Source: Oscillospiraceae bacterium | GTDB lineage: Bacteria; Bacillota; Clostridia; Oscillospirales; CAG-272 | Assembly (NCBI GenBank): GCA_015063955.1 | Contig: SVTD01000003.1 | Span: 3,952-67,951, forward strand | DNA length: 64,000 nucleotides | Direction of reading: 5' to 3' | Shown: piece by piece, positions 47,995 to 56,873 of the stretch | Layout of the letters: the number at the start of each line of letters is the position of its first letter | Numbering within the stretch: the stretch's first letter is position 1 | Position numbers and translations under genes: made by a program | Notes under the pieces: model-generated | Told to the model about the DNA's origin: nothing | What the model saw: the letters and a program-made list of their open reading frames with translations, nothing else | Database searches by the model: none

Positions 47995-49741
47995 ATTTAT
48001 CCATCTTTTATACGTCCCCACGAAAAACTGCAATATGCAGTGCAGCTACTGCTATCTCGGAGACTCAACAAGGGACGGTGACTGCGACCGCAGTCCCCTT
48101 GAGACCCTTGACTACGCAGTTCGGAAATTCAAAGAATGTGAGATAATTCCCTTTAATATCTCCCTCCACGGCGGCGAAGTCACAACCCTTTCAAAAGAGG
48201 ATTTTGCCTCCCTTGTCCGTTACATAAGGGACTATTACGAAGAAAACCGCACACTTATTACGGAAAACGGCTTCAAGGTGGGAAATCCCCATATCAAAAC
48301 GAACCTTTTCGGCATCGACAGGCATCTTGACGCCATAAGAGAGTATAACGTCAGCATTAGCGGAAGCCTTGACCTGCCCCTCTCCCTTCACCGTGAATAC
48401 AGACTGACAAAGGGCGGCGGCGATACCCTTCCGAAGATCCTTGAAAATATCGCCCTCCTTGAAAGCCTGCCAAACAGGAAAAAGGTCTCTGCCACCATTT
48501 TCCGCGAGCATTTTCTCCGTATGGACGAGATGATCAGAGATATAAAATTTCTCCACGAAAGCACCTGCCTTGATATGAACGATTTCAACTTCATGATAGG
48601 CTTTGCATCATCCAATATCCACCCCTCCTGCCGCCCCCTCACTCCTCTCTCCGAGGATGAGCAGGTGGAGCTTTTCAGAAGGATGAACGAGGAGTTTGAA
48701 AACACAGACCTGAAAAAAGGACTTGACGGCGCCTGGTTTGCCGAATTTACTCAGGCTTACTGCACAAACTGCGATCTCTGCTCGGAGAAGTTCTTTCTCC
48801 TTGAGAGAAACGGAGACGTCTACTCCTGCGTCAGAGGTCAGGGAGACCGTGACTTCTATTACGGCAACGTATACGAGGACACCCCCGAGGAGATCATGAA
48901 CCGGGCAAGGCTCAAGATCTATAACGTTCACAATCTTACCCCCTTTCCCGAGGAATGCGCCGAATGCGGATATCTTCACCTTTGCAAAACGGGCTGTCCC
49001 TTCGTTAAAAAGGAATACGGCTCAGGCAAATCCTATACCTGCCGTCTGCAAAAGGAGATCTACAAGAAAAACGGCGAGGCCGAGGAGCGGGAGGCATACC
49101 CCTTCGAATATCTCAGACGCGTTCATCCGCAGCTTTGCAAGGATCATCTCCCAAAAGCAAATGCGCCTGAAAACTCTCTTGAGGATCTGATTTCAAGGGA
49201 TGAAAAGCTGCAGCGTGTCTACGATCCCGATGCATTCATCCTCGTATGCGACGGTAACGAGTACCGCCTTGAGTCTCAGCTGACAAAATCCCTGCGTGAT
49301 TTCATCTTTATCGGCAATCACTCAAAGATTACCCTTTATACGAGAAAGGACGTGATAGACGCCCTTTCCGATTACCCCGTAAACAACGCCCTTTATATGA
49401 TGCTTCTCAGCGGAGATACGGTGGTGTACGGTGACGAGGGACGTGAAAAGCAGGAGCATATCATGACTCATCTCATCTACAAAAGCACCCTTGCGCGCCG
49501 GGAAAGCGACAGAGAGGGATATTATAGGACAGATCTTACAAAGATACTCCGTCCCTATCTTCCCCATCTTTCAAGGGAGCGGGAAAACAATCTGTTTTTC
49601 ACCACCTCTGCCCTCAGAGACTACCATTATACAAAGCAGAAAAATAACGGCTACTATCATATAGCCGCAATGGATCTGCCATTTCAGAATATAGAGTTTT
49701 ACTACATCGATACGGAGGAATCAGGCCATGAGCTTCAATAA
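47987..49741 (+). CDS. Radical SAM/SPASM domain protein with a C-terminal extension
   Basis: CNMQCSYC, LHGGE, SPASM cysteines (C..C..C...GDVYSC; CAECGYLHLCKTGCP...C), then about 220 aa of unrecognised sequence. Confidence 0.9.
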   Translation: MNKFIHLLYVPTKNCNMQCSYCYLGDSTRDGDCDRSPLETLDYAVRKFKECEIIPFNISLHGGEVTTLSKEDFASLVRYIRDYYEENRTLITENGFKVGNPHIKTNLFGIDRHLDAIREYNVSISGSLDLPLSLHREYRLTKGGGDTLPKILENIALLESLPNRKKVSATIFREHFLRMDEMIRDIKFLHESTCLDMNDFNFMIGFASSNIHPSCRPLTPLSEDEQVELFRRMNEEFENTDLKKGLDGAWFAEFTQAYCTNCDLCSEKFFLLERNGDVYSCVRGQGDRDFYYGNVYEDTPEEIMNRARLKIYNVHNLTPFPEECAECGYLHLCKTGCPFVKKEYGSGKSYTCRLQKEIYKKNGEAEEREAYPFEYLRRVHPQLCKDHLPKANAPENSLEDLISRDEKLQRVYDPDAFILVCDGNEYRLESQLTKSLRDFIFIGNHSKITLYTRKDVIDALSDYPVNNALYMMLLSGDTVVYGDEGREKQEHIMTHLIYKSTLARRESDREGYYRTDLTKILRPYLPHLSRERENNLFFTTSALRDYHYTKQKNNGYYHIAAMDLPFQNIEFYYIDTEESGHELQ

Positions 49742-50084
49742 CCCCGAAACCTATAACGAGATCGTTGCATACAGAATCTGTCTTCAGCTGAAGGTGAATA
49801 TACCTAATCTGAACGATAGCCTCCTCACAGAGGTCTTTGACCATATAACCGTTCCCGGAAACACCGCTCACGTTGCAAACGGGATCCTTTCCCTCTGCAC
49901 AGGTCCTGACATTGTCAAGACCTTCAACGTTGAATCCTTCATTAATCCCGCAGTTACAGCTATAGGAATGTCTCTTTCAGGCATAAATATCGCAAGACAG
50001 AATAACGGCTACTCCGGCGGCGATTATTCCGGAGGCAGCTCAAACAACAATAATAACAACAATAACAACAATAACAACGCATAA
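49728..50084 (+). CDS. Small protein with Gly/Ser and poly-Asn C-terminal tail (candidate rSAM substrate)
   Basis: RBS GGAGG, overlaps the rSAM stop; ends YSGGDYSGGSS-N12-A. Confidence 0.8.
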   Translation: MSFNNPETYNEIVAYRICLQLKVNIPNLNDSLLTEVFDHITVPGNTAHVANGILSLCTGPDIVKTFNVESFINPAVTAIGMSLSGINIARQNNGYSGGDYSGGSSNNNNNNNNNNNNA

Positions 50085-50085
50085 T

Positions 50086-50207
50086 AAAAAAAGGCGGTAC
50101 GTCTTGAATCCTAAATAAAAGAAAAGATACTTGACTCTGCCATCAGCGGGAAGTGCAGTATGAAAGCAAAGCCCGCGGCATCGTGATCCCCTCCCGGCGG
50201 ATTCGGT
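50086..50207 (-). ncRNA. Candidate structured small RNA
   Basis: Own TTGCCA-17-TATAAT promoter (50241-50213), rod-like self-complementarity, ends at a T7 tract. Confidence 0.4.
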
Positions 50208-50240
50208 AACGGATTATAAAAAAGATTGCCCGATTTGGCA

Positions 50241-50276
50241 AAAAACGGCTGACGGAAACCGTCAGCCGTTTTTTTA
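50241..50276. terminator. Intrinsic terminator after spoVM
   Basis: AAAAACGGCTGACGG-aaa-CCGTCAGCCGTTTTT. Confidence 0.8.
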
Positions 50277-50345
50277 TTTAAGCTTAAATATCCTTGCAAG
50301 GATCGGTGCAAGAAATCTCGGAGAGCGTACAAGTTTTATTTTCAT
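50274..50345 (-). CDS. spoVM: Stage V sporulation protein M-like peptide (MKIKLVRSPRFLAPILARIFKLK), absent from the ORF track
   Basis: 23-aa amphipathic peptide with Pro9 and PRFL, like SpoVM; RBS GAAAGG and its own terminator. Confidence 0.8.
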   Translation of the reverse strand: MKIKLVRSPRFLAPILARIFKLK

Positions 50346-50413
50346 ATGTATAAAGCCTTTCCAAGGCAAGTCTGCCTTTACTTTATAATATGCACCTTCC
50401 GCCCTGCCTGACA

Positions 50414-52000
50414 TCAGTTTCCGAGGGACTTCGTAGTCTTAACGGTAACGTTTTCGTCAAAGCAGACGAACATCCTGTCAACGGTATCCTTCTTCATTTT
50501 AGGTGTGATAAGGCTCACGACGGGAACTATTACAAGTCCGCCCAACATAGCAAACACGCCTGAATAGAGGGAGTTTGTGAATACGAAGGAGAGAACGGGG
50601 ACGTCTGCAACGGAGAATACTCCGAGAGAGATTAAAAGCTGGCACATCATCAGCACGGTGCCGAAAATGAAGCTTGCAACAACGGACGCCTTGGTGGTCT
50701 TCTTCCAGTAGAGACCGTAGAGGAATGGTGCGAGGAACGCTCCTGCAAGAGCGCCCCAGGATACGCCCATCATCTGTGCGATAGCGGAAAAGTTGAAGGT
50801 ATCCTTGAGAATGGCGATAACTGCGGAAAGAACGATAAACACCATAACGAACACGCGGAGGATAAAGAGCTTCTTCTTTTCGCTTGGAGCCTTTTTCATT
50901 GCGGGAACGATCATATCAAGGGTGAGAGTTGAGCTTGAGGTAAGTACAAGGCTTGAAAGAGTGGACATTGATGCACTCAGTACAAGCACCATAACGATGG
51001 CAATAACTACGCCGGGAAGAGTTGAGAGCATTGCGGGAACTATGCTGTCAAATACGATCATATCGCCTACCTTCTTGATAGCGGGGCTGTCTGCATAGAG
51101 ACGTGCAAAGGAGCCGAGGAAGTAGCAGCCTCCGGAAACAACGATAGCAAAGACCGTAGAAATAATGGTTCCCTTTTTGATAGCGTCCTCATTCTTGATG
51201 GAATAGAACTTACCAACCATCTGAGGAAGGCCCCAGGTGCCGAGAGATGTCAGCATGACTACGAAGAAGAGGAACGTAGGCTGAGGGCCGAGGAAGGATG
51301 CAAATGCTCCGTTAAGATCGGGATTTGACTCTGCAGTATTCTGAGAAAGCTCAGCGATAGCCGCGCCAAGGCCTCCGTTGTCGGCAAGAACTGCACCGAT
51401 AACGACAACGATACCGATAAGCATGATAATGCCCTGAATGAAGTCGTTGATTGCAGTTGCCATATAGCCGCCGAAAATAACGTAAAGACCGGTAAGAAGG
51501 GCCATAACTACGATAACTACCCAGTAGGGGATGTCAAATGCAATATTGAAAAGACTGGAAAGACCGTTATAAAGAGATGCGGTGTAGGGGATAAGGAATA
51601 TGAATACGATGGCGCTTGCAGCGATCTTGAGACCGTTGGATTCAAAGCGCTTGCCAAAGAAATCGGGCATAGTCTTTGATTCGATGTGCTGAGTCATAAC
51701 GCGGGTGCGGCGTCCGAGAACTACCCAGGCAAGCAGGGAGCCGATAAAGGCGTTACCGAGACCGATCCACGTGGAGGCAAGGCCGAAATTCCATCCGAAC
51801 TGTCCTGCGTAGCCGACAAAAACAACGGCGGAGAAATAAGACGTACCGAAGGCAAAGGCGGTAAGCCAGGGTCCAACGCTTCTGCCGCCGAGAACGAATC
51901 CGTTAACGTCGGTGGAATGCTTACGGCAATAGAGACCGATGCCTATCATAACTGCGAAAAAAATTACAAGTAAAACTGCTGTCAGGATTTTGGTAAACAT
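50414..52000 (-). CDS. Sodium:solute symporter family protein
   Basis: FVLGGRSVGPW, SYFSAVVFVG, LSASMSTLSS motifs; about 13 TM helices. Confidence 0.9.
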   Translation of the reverse strand: MFTKILTAVLLVIFFAVMIGIGLYCRKHSTDVNGFVLGGRSVGPWLTAFAFGTSYFSAVVFVGYAGQFGWNFGLASTWIGLGNAFIGSLLAWVVLGRRTRVMTQHIESKTMPDFFGKRFESNGLKIAASAIVFIFLIPYTASLYNGLSSLFNIAFDIPYWVVIVVMALLTGLYVIFGGYMATAINDFIQGIIMLIGIVVVIGAVLADNGGLGAAIAELSQNTAESNPDLNGAFASFLGPQPTFLFFVVMLTSLGTWGLPQMVGKFYSIKNEDAIKKGTIISTVFAIVVSGGCYFLGSFARLYADSPAIKKVGDMIVFDSIVPAMLSTLPGVVIAIVMVLVLSASMSTLSSLVLTSSSTLTLDMIVPAMKKAPSEKKKLFILRVFVMVFIVLSAVIAILKDTFNFSAIAQMMGVSWGALAGAFLAPFLYGLYWKKTTKASVVASFIFGTVLMMCQLLISLGVFSVADVPVLSFVFTNSLYSGVFAMLGGLVIVPVVSLITPKMKKDTVDRMFVCFDENVTVKTTKSLGN

Positions 52001-52034
52001 AGCTTTATTTCTCCTTTTCTTTAATATTTAGAGT

Positions 52035-53672
52035 TTACTTTGTGATCTGACTTTCAACGAGAGTCACGCCGCCGCAGTATATCTCGCGGAGACGAGGCTT
52101 CTCAATTTTTCCTGTAGGATTGCGGGGAACGGAGGCAAAAATGATCTTTCGGGGACGCTTGTAGCGGGGAAGATCCTCGCAGAATGCGTTGATCTCATCC
52201 TCGGTAGCGCTTCCCTCCACCTTGAGCTCGATAATTGCTGCGGCGATCTCGCCGAGACGCTCGTGGGGAAGACCGATAACTGCAACGTCCTTGATCTTGT
52301 CGTTTGCACGGAGGTAATCCTCGATCTGTACGGGATAGAGATTCTCACCTCCGGAGATGATAACGTCCTTCTTACGGTCAACGAGGAAGATGAATCCGTC
52401 TTCGTCCTCCTTTGCCATATCTCCCGTCCAGAGCCAGCCGTCGTGAAGGATCTCGGCGGTAGCCTCGGGATTCTTATAATAGCATTTCATAACGCCGGGG
52501 CCGCGGACTGCAAGCTCGCCCACCTCGCCACGCTCAACGGGTGTTCCGTCGGGGCGGATGATGGCGGTTTCCCAATGGTATCCTGCGATACCGATGGCGC
52601 CAACCTTATGGATGTTCTCAACGCCGAGATGCACGCATCCGGGGCCGATGGACTCTGAAAGACCGTAGTTCGTATCGTAATCGTGGTTCGGGAACTGCTC
52701 CTTCCAGCGCTTGATAAGGCTGGGGGGAACGGGCTGAGCACCTATGTGCATAAGGCGCCACTGGGATAGTCTGTATTCCTTCGGATCAATATCGCCACGG
52801 TCGATGGCATCAAGAATATCCTGAGCCCACGGAACGAGGAGCCATACGATGGTTGCTTTTTCCTCGCTGACAGCCTGCATGATCCATTCGGGGCTGACAC
52901 CTCGGAGGATAACTGCCTTACTTGCGGAAAGGAGGCTTCCGAACCAGTGCATCTTAGCACCTGTATGGTAGAGGGGAGGAATGCAGAGGAAAACGTCGTC
53001 TCTTGTCTGGGAATGGTGACGCTGCTCAGTCTCGCAGGAGCAGATAAGCGCGCGGTGGGCGTGGAGGATGGCCTTAGGAAAGCCCGTAGTACCCGATGAG
53101 AAGTAGATTGCAGCATCGTCATCCTCGGTGATGGTTACAGGAGGGGGAGTCGACGTGCAGTAGGTGGAGTATACCGTATAGCTGTCAGCTCCCTCGGGAA
53201 CGTCGTTACCCACGAAGAAGAAATTCTTGATGCCGCAAAGCTGATCCTTCACGGCTGCCACACGGTCGATAAACTCGGGACCGTATATGAGCATACAGGA
53301 ATCGGAAAGATCAAGACAGTATTTGATCTCGTCTGCTGTATAGCGGTAGTTCATGGGAACTGCAAGGGCGCCGCATTTGAGGATACCGAAGTATACGGGC
53401 AGCCATTCAAGGCAGTTCATAAGAAGTATGGCCACCTTATCGCCCTTTTTGATTCCGCGGGTGAGAAGAAGGTTTGCACAGCGGTTTGCCTGACGGTCGA
53501 AATCCTTCCAGGTCATGGTGCGGCGGTATTTGTCACCTTCTGCAGTTTCGATAAGATTGTATTCTCTCCAGGTAGTAGTCTTGGAGGGCTGATTTGCAGG
53601 GTTTATCTCAACGAGCGCCTCGTCGTTAGGATAAAGTCTTGCGTTTTTTTCAAGTACGTCAACGATTGTCAT
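52035..53672 (-). CDS. Acyl/aryl-CoA ligase (class I adenylate-forming enzyme)
   Basis: FSSGTTGFPK, YGLSE, WTGD, DRKKD, PRNPTGK motifs. Confidence 0.92.
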   Translation of the reverse strand: MTIVDVLEKNARLYPNDEALVEINPANQPSKTTTWREYNLIETAEGDKYRRTMTWKDFDRQANRCANLLLTRGIKKGDKVAILLMNCLEWLPVYFGILKCGALAVPMNYRYTADEIKYCLDLSDSCMLIYGPEFIDRVAAVKDQLCGIKNFFFVGNDVPEGADSYTVYSTYCTSTPPPVTITEDDDAAIYFSSGTTGFPKAILHAHRALICSCETEQRHHSQTRDDVFLCIPPLYHTGAKMHWFGSLLSASKAVILRGVSPEWIMQAVSEEKATIVWLLVPWAQDILDAIDRGDIDPKEYRLSQWRLMHIGAQPVPPSLIKRWKEQFPNHDYDTNYGLSESIGPGCVHLGVENIHKVGAIGIAGYHWETAIIRPDGTPVERGEVGELAVRGPGVMKCYYKNPEATAEILHDGWLWTGDMAKEDEDGFIFLVDRKKDVIISGGENLYPVQIEDYLRANDKIKDVAVIGLPHERLGEIAAAIIELKVEGSATEDEINAFCEDLPRYKRPRKIIFASVPRNPTGKIEKPRLREIYCGGVTLVESQITK

Positions 53673-53717
53673 ATGGGTTTCCTTTATATAAATAAAAAAT
53701 AATTACAATTAAAAAAC

Positions 53718-53975
53718 AAAAAAGCCTCTTGAAACAGTCGTTTCAAGAGGACGGAAAATCCGCGGTACCACCTCAATTGCCTGTAAGGCCACTCAAAGCA
53801 CGGCATAAGCGATGCTCGTCTGCTGTAACGGGCAGACCCGTCAACCCCTACTCAGTTTCGGGACGAAGCTCTCGGAATGTATTTCGAAAAAGGGACTCTT
53901 ACCGCCTTTCACCAACCGACGGCTCTCTGAAAGAGCAAAACCTTTACTACTTATTTCCGGTCATTGCCTTTTAAC
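53718..53975 (-). ncRNA. T-box riboswitch, specifier read as UAC (Tyr)
   Basis: Stem I with AGTA, AGAGA and GGTGAA motifs; specifier loop GAAA-TAC-A; T-box GAGGTGGTACCGCG; terminator CCTCTTGAAAC/GTTTCAAGAGG-T tract; promoter TTGACA-17-TAAACT. Confidence 0.9.
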
Positions 53976-54113
53976 TTGTTTAGTAGTTTATCACAATAAA
54001 GTACTGATGTCAAGTCTTTTTTTATAAAAACCGACAATATTTATTTTTCAAAAAAGAGAGAACTCCAAAAGGAAGGAGCCGTCGCATCCGGATGCGACAG
54101 CTCCTTCACTTTT

Positions 54114-54482
54114 TTATTCTGCTTCTACGATCTCAGCGTCGGGAGCGTTCTTTTTAACGCTTGCAATGCCGTTTTCGCAGCTTGCCTTTGCCTTGTAGCC
54201 TTCGCCTGTTGCGATGATCTCGCCGTTCTTTGCCTTGAGACGGAAGCGGTACTCGCCTGCCTTGTCCTGATAAAGCTCGAACTTAGGATGCTTAACGGCA
54301 ACAACGGGATCCTGTGTCTGATCCTCGATCTCGCCTACGCAGTTGTTCTTAACGGATTTGATTCCGTTAAGGCAAGCAGCCTTTGTTGTGTAGACCTCAC
54401 TTGTTGCGATAACCTCGCCGTTACCTGCCTTAAGATCGAACTTGAAGCCGGTAGCAGTTTCCTTAACTACGAATTTTCCCAT
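54114..54482 (-). CDS. YegP / DUF1508 family protein
   Basis: Duplicated F.LKA.NGE.IAT.E.Y..KA.C.NGI.SVK.N repeat. Confidence 0.92.
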   Translation of the reverse strand: MGKFVVKETATGFKFDLKAGNGEVIATSEVYTTKAACLNGIKSVKNNCVGEIEDQTQDPVVAVKHPKFELYQDKAGEYRFRLKAKNGEIIATGEGYKAKASCENGIASVKKNAPDAEIVEAE

Positions 54483-54704
54483 TTTTCTTTCCTTTCATGT
54501 TATTTATTTTGAAAAAGAGCCTGTGCGAAAGCTCTTTTAACATTTAACGAAAAGTTCTTCTACTAAAATAATAACAAGAAATCGACGTTTTGTCAATAGA
54601 CTGCTTTATGTGCTTTTGATATCTCAGTGTTTTTTATAAGATTATTGATTTATCCTGCTATTTGCGTTAAAATAGAAATATATTTGTGTAAGGAAAGGTA
54701 TTAT

Positions 54705-56327
54705 ATGATCAAAACGGCACTGGCAATCGGCAGATGGATGCCTATCCATCTTGGACACAAGCAGTTTCTCACAGACCTTGCAAGAAAGTTTGACAGGCTC
54801 GTTATAGGAATCGGCTCGTGCTACGAAAACGGCACCCCCAGAAACTGCATCCCCGCTATCGAAAGAGAGAAGCTTTTGAGAAGGATATTCAAAAGCGAGG
54901 GACTCACAAACGTGATAATCGTTCCGGTGGAGGACAGACCCACCTTTGAGGAATGGTTTTCTGACGTTATCAAGCTTTGCGAAAAATACGACGTCACCCA
55001 TTTCTGCACCGGAAACAAGGAGGATATCCTGAACGTAATGAAGGAAAAGGACCTTACTCTGAATGCAGAAATGATAAATCCCGAGGATAAAAGCAACTTT
55101 CCCTATCATGCAACTGACGTTCGCAACGCTATCCTCAGAGGAGACATGGAGCTTGTGGATTCAATGCTCCCCTCGGAGATAAAGGATATGGTCCTCAGTC
55201 AGGTGGCAAGGGAGATACGTATGGCTTCCGAGGGACGGGGACAGGAGTTCATTCCCGGAAGGCAGACGGTGGATCTCATATTCATCGTCACACAGAAGAG
55301 CACGGCAAATCATTATCTTCTCATAGGAAAAAGGAACGGCGAAAAGATAGATTTCCCCGGATGCTGGGGTATTCCCGGAGGAAAGATACTGGAGTTTGAA
55401 TCTCCCGTGGATGCCGCCGTCAGATGCTTTGAGATGGAGGCAGGCATAGATATCCGCGTGGCGGACAACAGCTGCGAGCCTGCTCTTGTTACCGTGGAGA
55501 GTCTTGACGGGATGGAAAGCCTTTTGCATTTTTCGGGAATATACGCATCGGAGGACGAGCGCATAAACGGGACCCGCGGAGGCGGCTCCCAGTGCTTTGC
55601 TGTCTGCGTTGAGGGGGACGTTTCTGAAATCTCCCGCCTTCTTCACTCAAGACACGATATGGACGAGCTTAAATTTATCGACGTCGACAGCATCCACTCC
55701 ATTGAGCTGGCGTACGACCAGAAGAGGATGGTACTTGATGCTCTGAATAAGCTTGGCATAGCATACGATAACGGAGAGATGCTCTGTACCCTTGACGAGA
55801 ACGGTGTCGCCCTTCGTGAGGGAGTATCCAGATCCCGCGCCCACAGCGAGGGCATCCTTCACGGAGCTGCTCACACCTACATATATAAGTGGGAGGAGGA
55901 GGAGCTCTACATCCTTCTCCAGCGCAGAAGCCTCAATAAGGACAGCTTCCCCGGCTGCCTTGACTCTTCAAGTGCAGGGCACATAGAGCTTGGCTCAGAC
56001 TTTTTGCAGACAGCCAAAAAGGAGCTTTTTGAGGAGCTGGGACTTGAGGCAGGCGAGGAGCTTTTCCGGGAGCTTTTTGAGCAGAGGATCCATTCGGAAA
56101 ACGTTTTCCACGGCAGAGCCTTTATCGATAACGAGATCAACAAGGTCTACGCGATAGAAATGCCCGTGGATATATCGACCCTTGCGTTTCAGCCCTCCGA
56201 GGTATCTGAGGTAGTATGGCTGAGCGCAGACCGCATACTTGCAATGCTCACATCCGGAGACGGCGAGCTTTGTATGGATGATGCCGAAATAAAAAGGGTT
56301 ATTGAAATTCTTAAAGAGAAAAAATAG
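54705..56327 (+). CDS. NadM-like nucleotidyltransferase fused to two Nudix domains
   Basis: GRWMPIHLGH (HxGH) and ATDVR motifs; Nudix-like boxes GGKILEFESPVDAAVRCFEMEAG and AGHIELGSDFLQTAKKELFEELG. Confidence 0.82.
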   Translation: MIKTALAIGRWMPIHLGHKQFLTDLARKFDRLVIGIGSCYENGTPRNCIPAIEREKLLRRIFKSEGLTNVIIVPVEDRPTFEEWFSDVIKLCEKYDVTHFCTGNKEDILNVMKEKDLTLNAEMINPEDKSNFPYHATDVRNAILRGDMELVDSMLPSEIKDMVLSQVAREIRMASEGRGQEFIPGRQTVDLIFIVTQKSTANHYLLIGKRNGEKIDFPGCWGIPGGKILEFESPVDAAVRCFEMEAGIDIRVADNSCEPALVTVESLDGMESLLHFSGIYASEDERINGTRGGGSQCFAVCVEGDVSEISRLLHSRHDMDELKFIDVDSIHSIELAYDQKRMVLDALNKLGIAYDNGEMLCTLDENGVALREGVSRSRAHSEGILHGAAHTYIYKWEEEELYILLQRRSLNKDSFPGCLDSSSAGHIELGSDFLQTAKKELFEELGLEAGEELFRELFEQRIHSENVFHGRAFIDNEINKVYAIEMPVDISTLAFQPSEVSEVVWLSADRILAMLTSGDGELCMDDAEIKRVIEILKEKK

Positions 56328-56345
56328 CAGGAGGGAGGTGTCCTG

Positions 56346-56867
56346 ATGGATAAGGAAAAGACCGCTTTTTTCACCGGTCACAGAGCTATACCTGAGTCAA
56401 GTGTCCGACCTATGCTCTCTGAGCTTTATTCCACCGTTTGCCGTCTTATTCTTGAAGGGTACGATAGCTTTATCTGCGGAGGCGCCGTTGGCTTCGATAC
56501 CTACAGCGCAGAATGCGTTCTTTCCTTTCGGGAAAGATTTCCCGATATCCGTCTGACACTCGCTCTCCCCTGCCGCGATCAGACTATGAAATGGAATAGT
56601 CTCAAGGATCTTAATAAATACAAAAGCATTCTCGGCAGAGCTGACAGCGTCGTTTACGTGAGAGACTTCTACTGTGACGGATGTATGCTTGAACGAAACA
56701 GATGGATGGCAGACCACTCCTCCTTATGTATCGCCTATCTCACAAAATCCAAGGGCGGATCTGCATATACATACAACTATTCAAAAAAAATCGGAATCCG
56801 GATCATTAATATTGCAGAAAAAACAGAAAACCCACAGCTTCCCCTCGAAATTCCTATGAAAGGCTGA
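56346..56867 (+). CDS. SLOG / DUF1273 (YpsA-like) protein
   Basis: FTGHR, GGAVGFD, RNRWMAD, GGSAYT motifs. Confidence 0.88.
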   Translation: MDKEKTAFFTGHRAIPESSVRPMLSELYSTVCRLILEGYDSFICGGAVGFDTYSAECVLSFRERFPDIRLTLALPCRDQTMKWNSLKDLNKYKSILGRADSVVYVRDFYCDGCMLERNRWMADHSSLCIAYLTKSKGGSAYTYNYSKKIGIRIINIAEKTENPQLPLEIPMKG

Positions 56868-56873
56868 AAAATT

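Noticed and set aside
47987-49741. Anaerobic sulfatase maturase or SCIFF maturase call for the rSAM/SPASM protein
   Set aside because: No sulfatase or six-Cys precursor nearby, and the long C-terminal extension does not fit those families as I know them
50086-50232. Confident 6S RNA or SRP RNA call
   Set aside because: Shorter than typical 6S, lacks the SRP GGAA-tetraloop motif; kept only as an unassigned candidate
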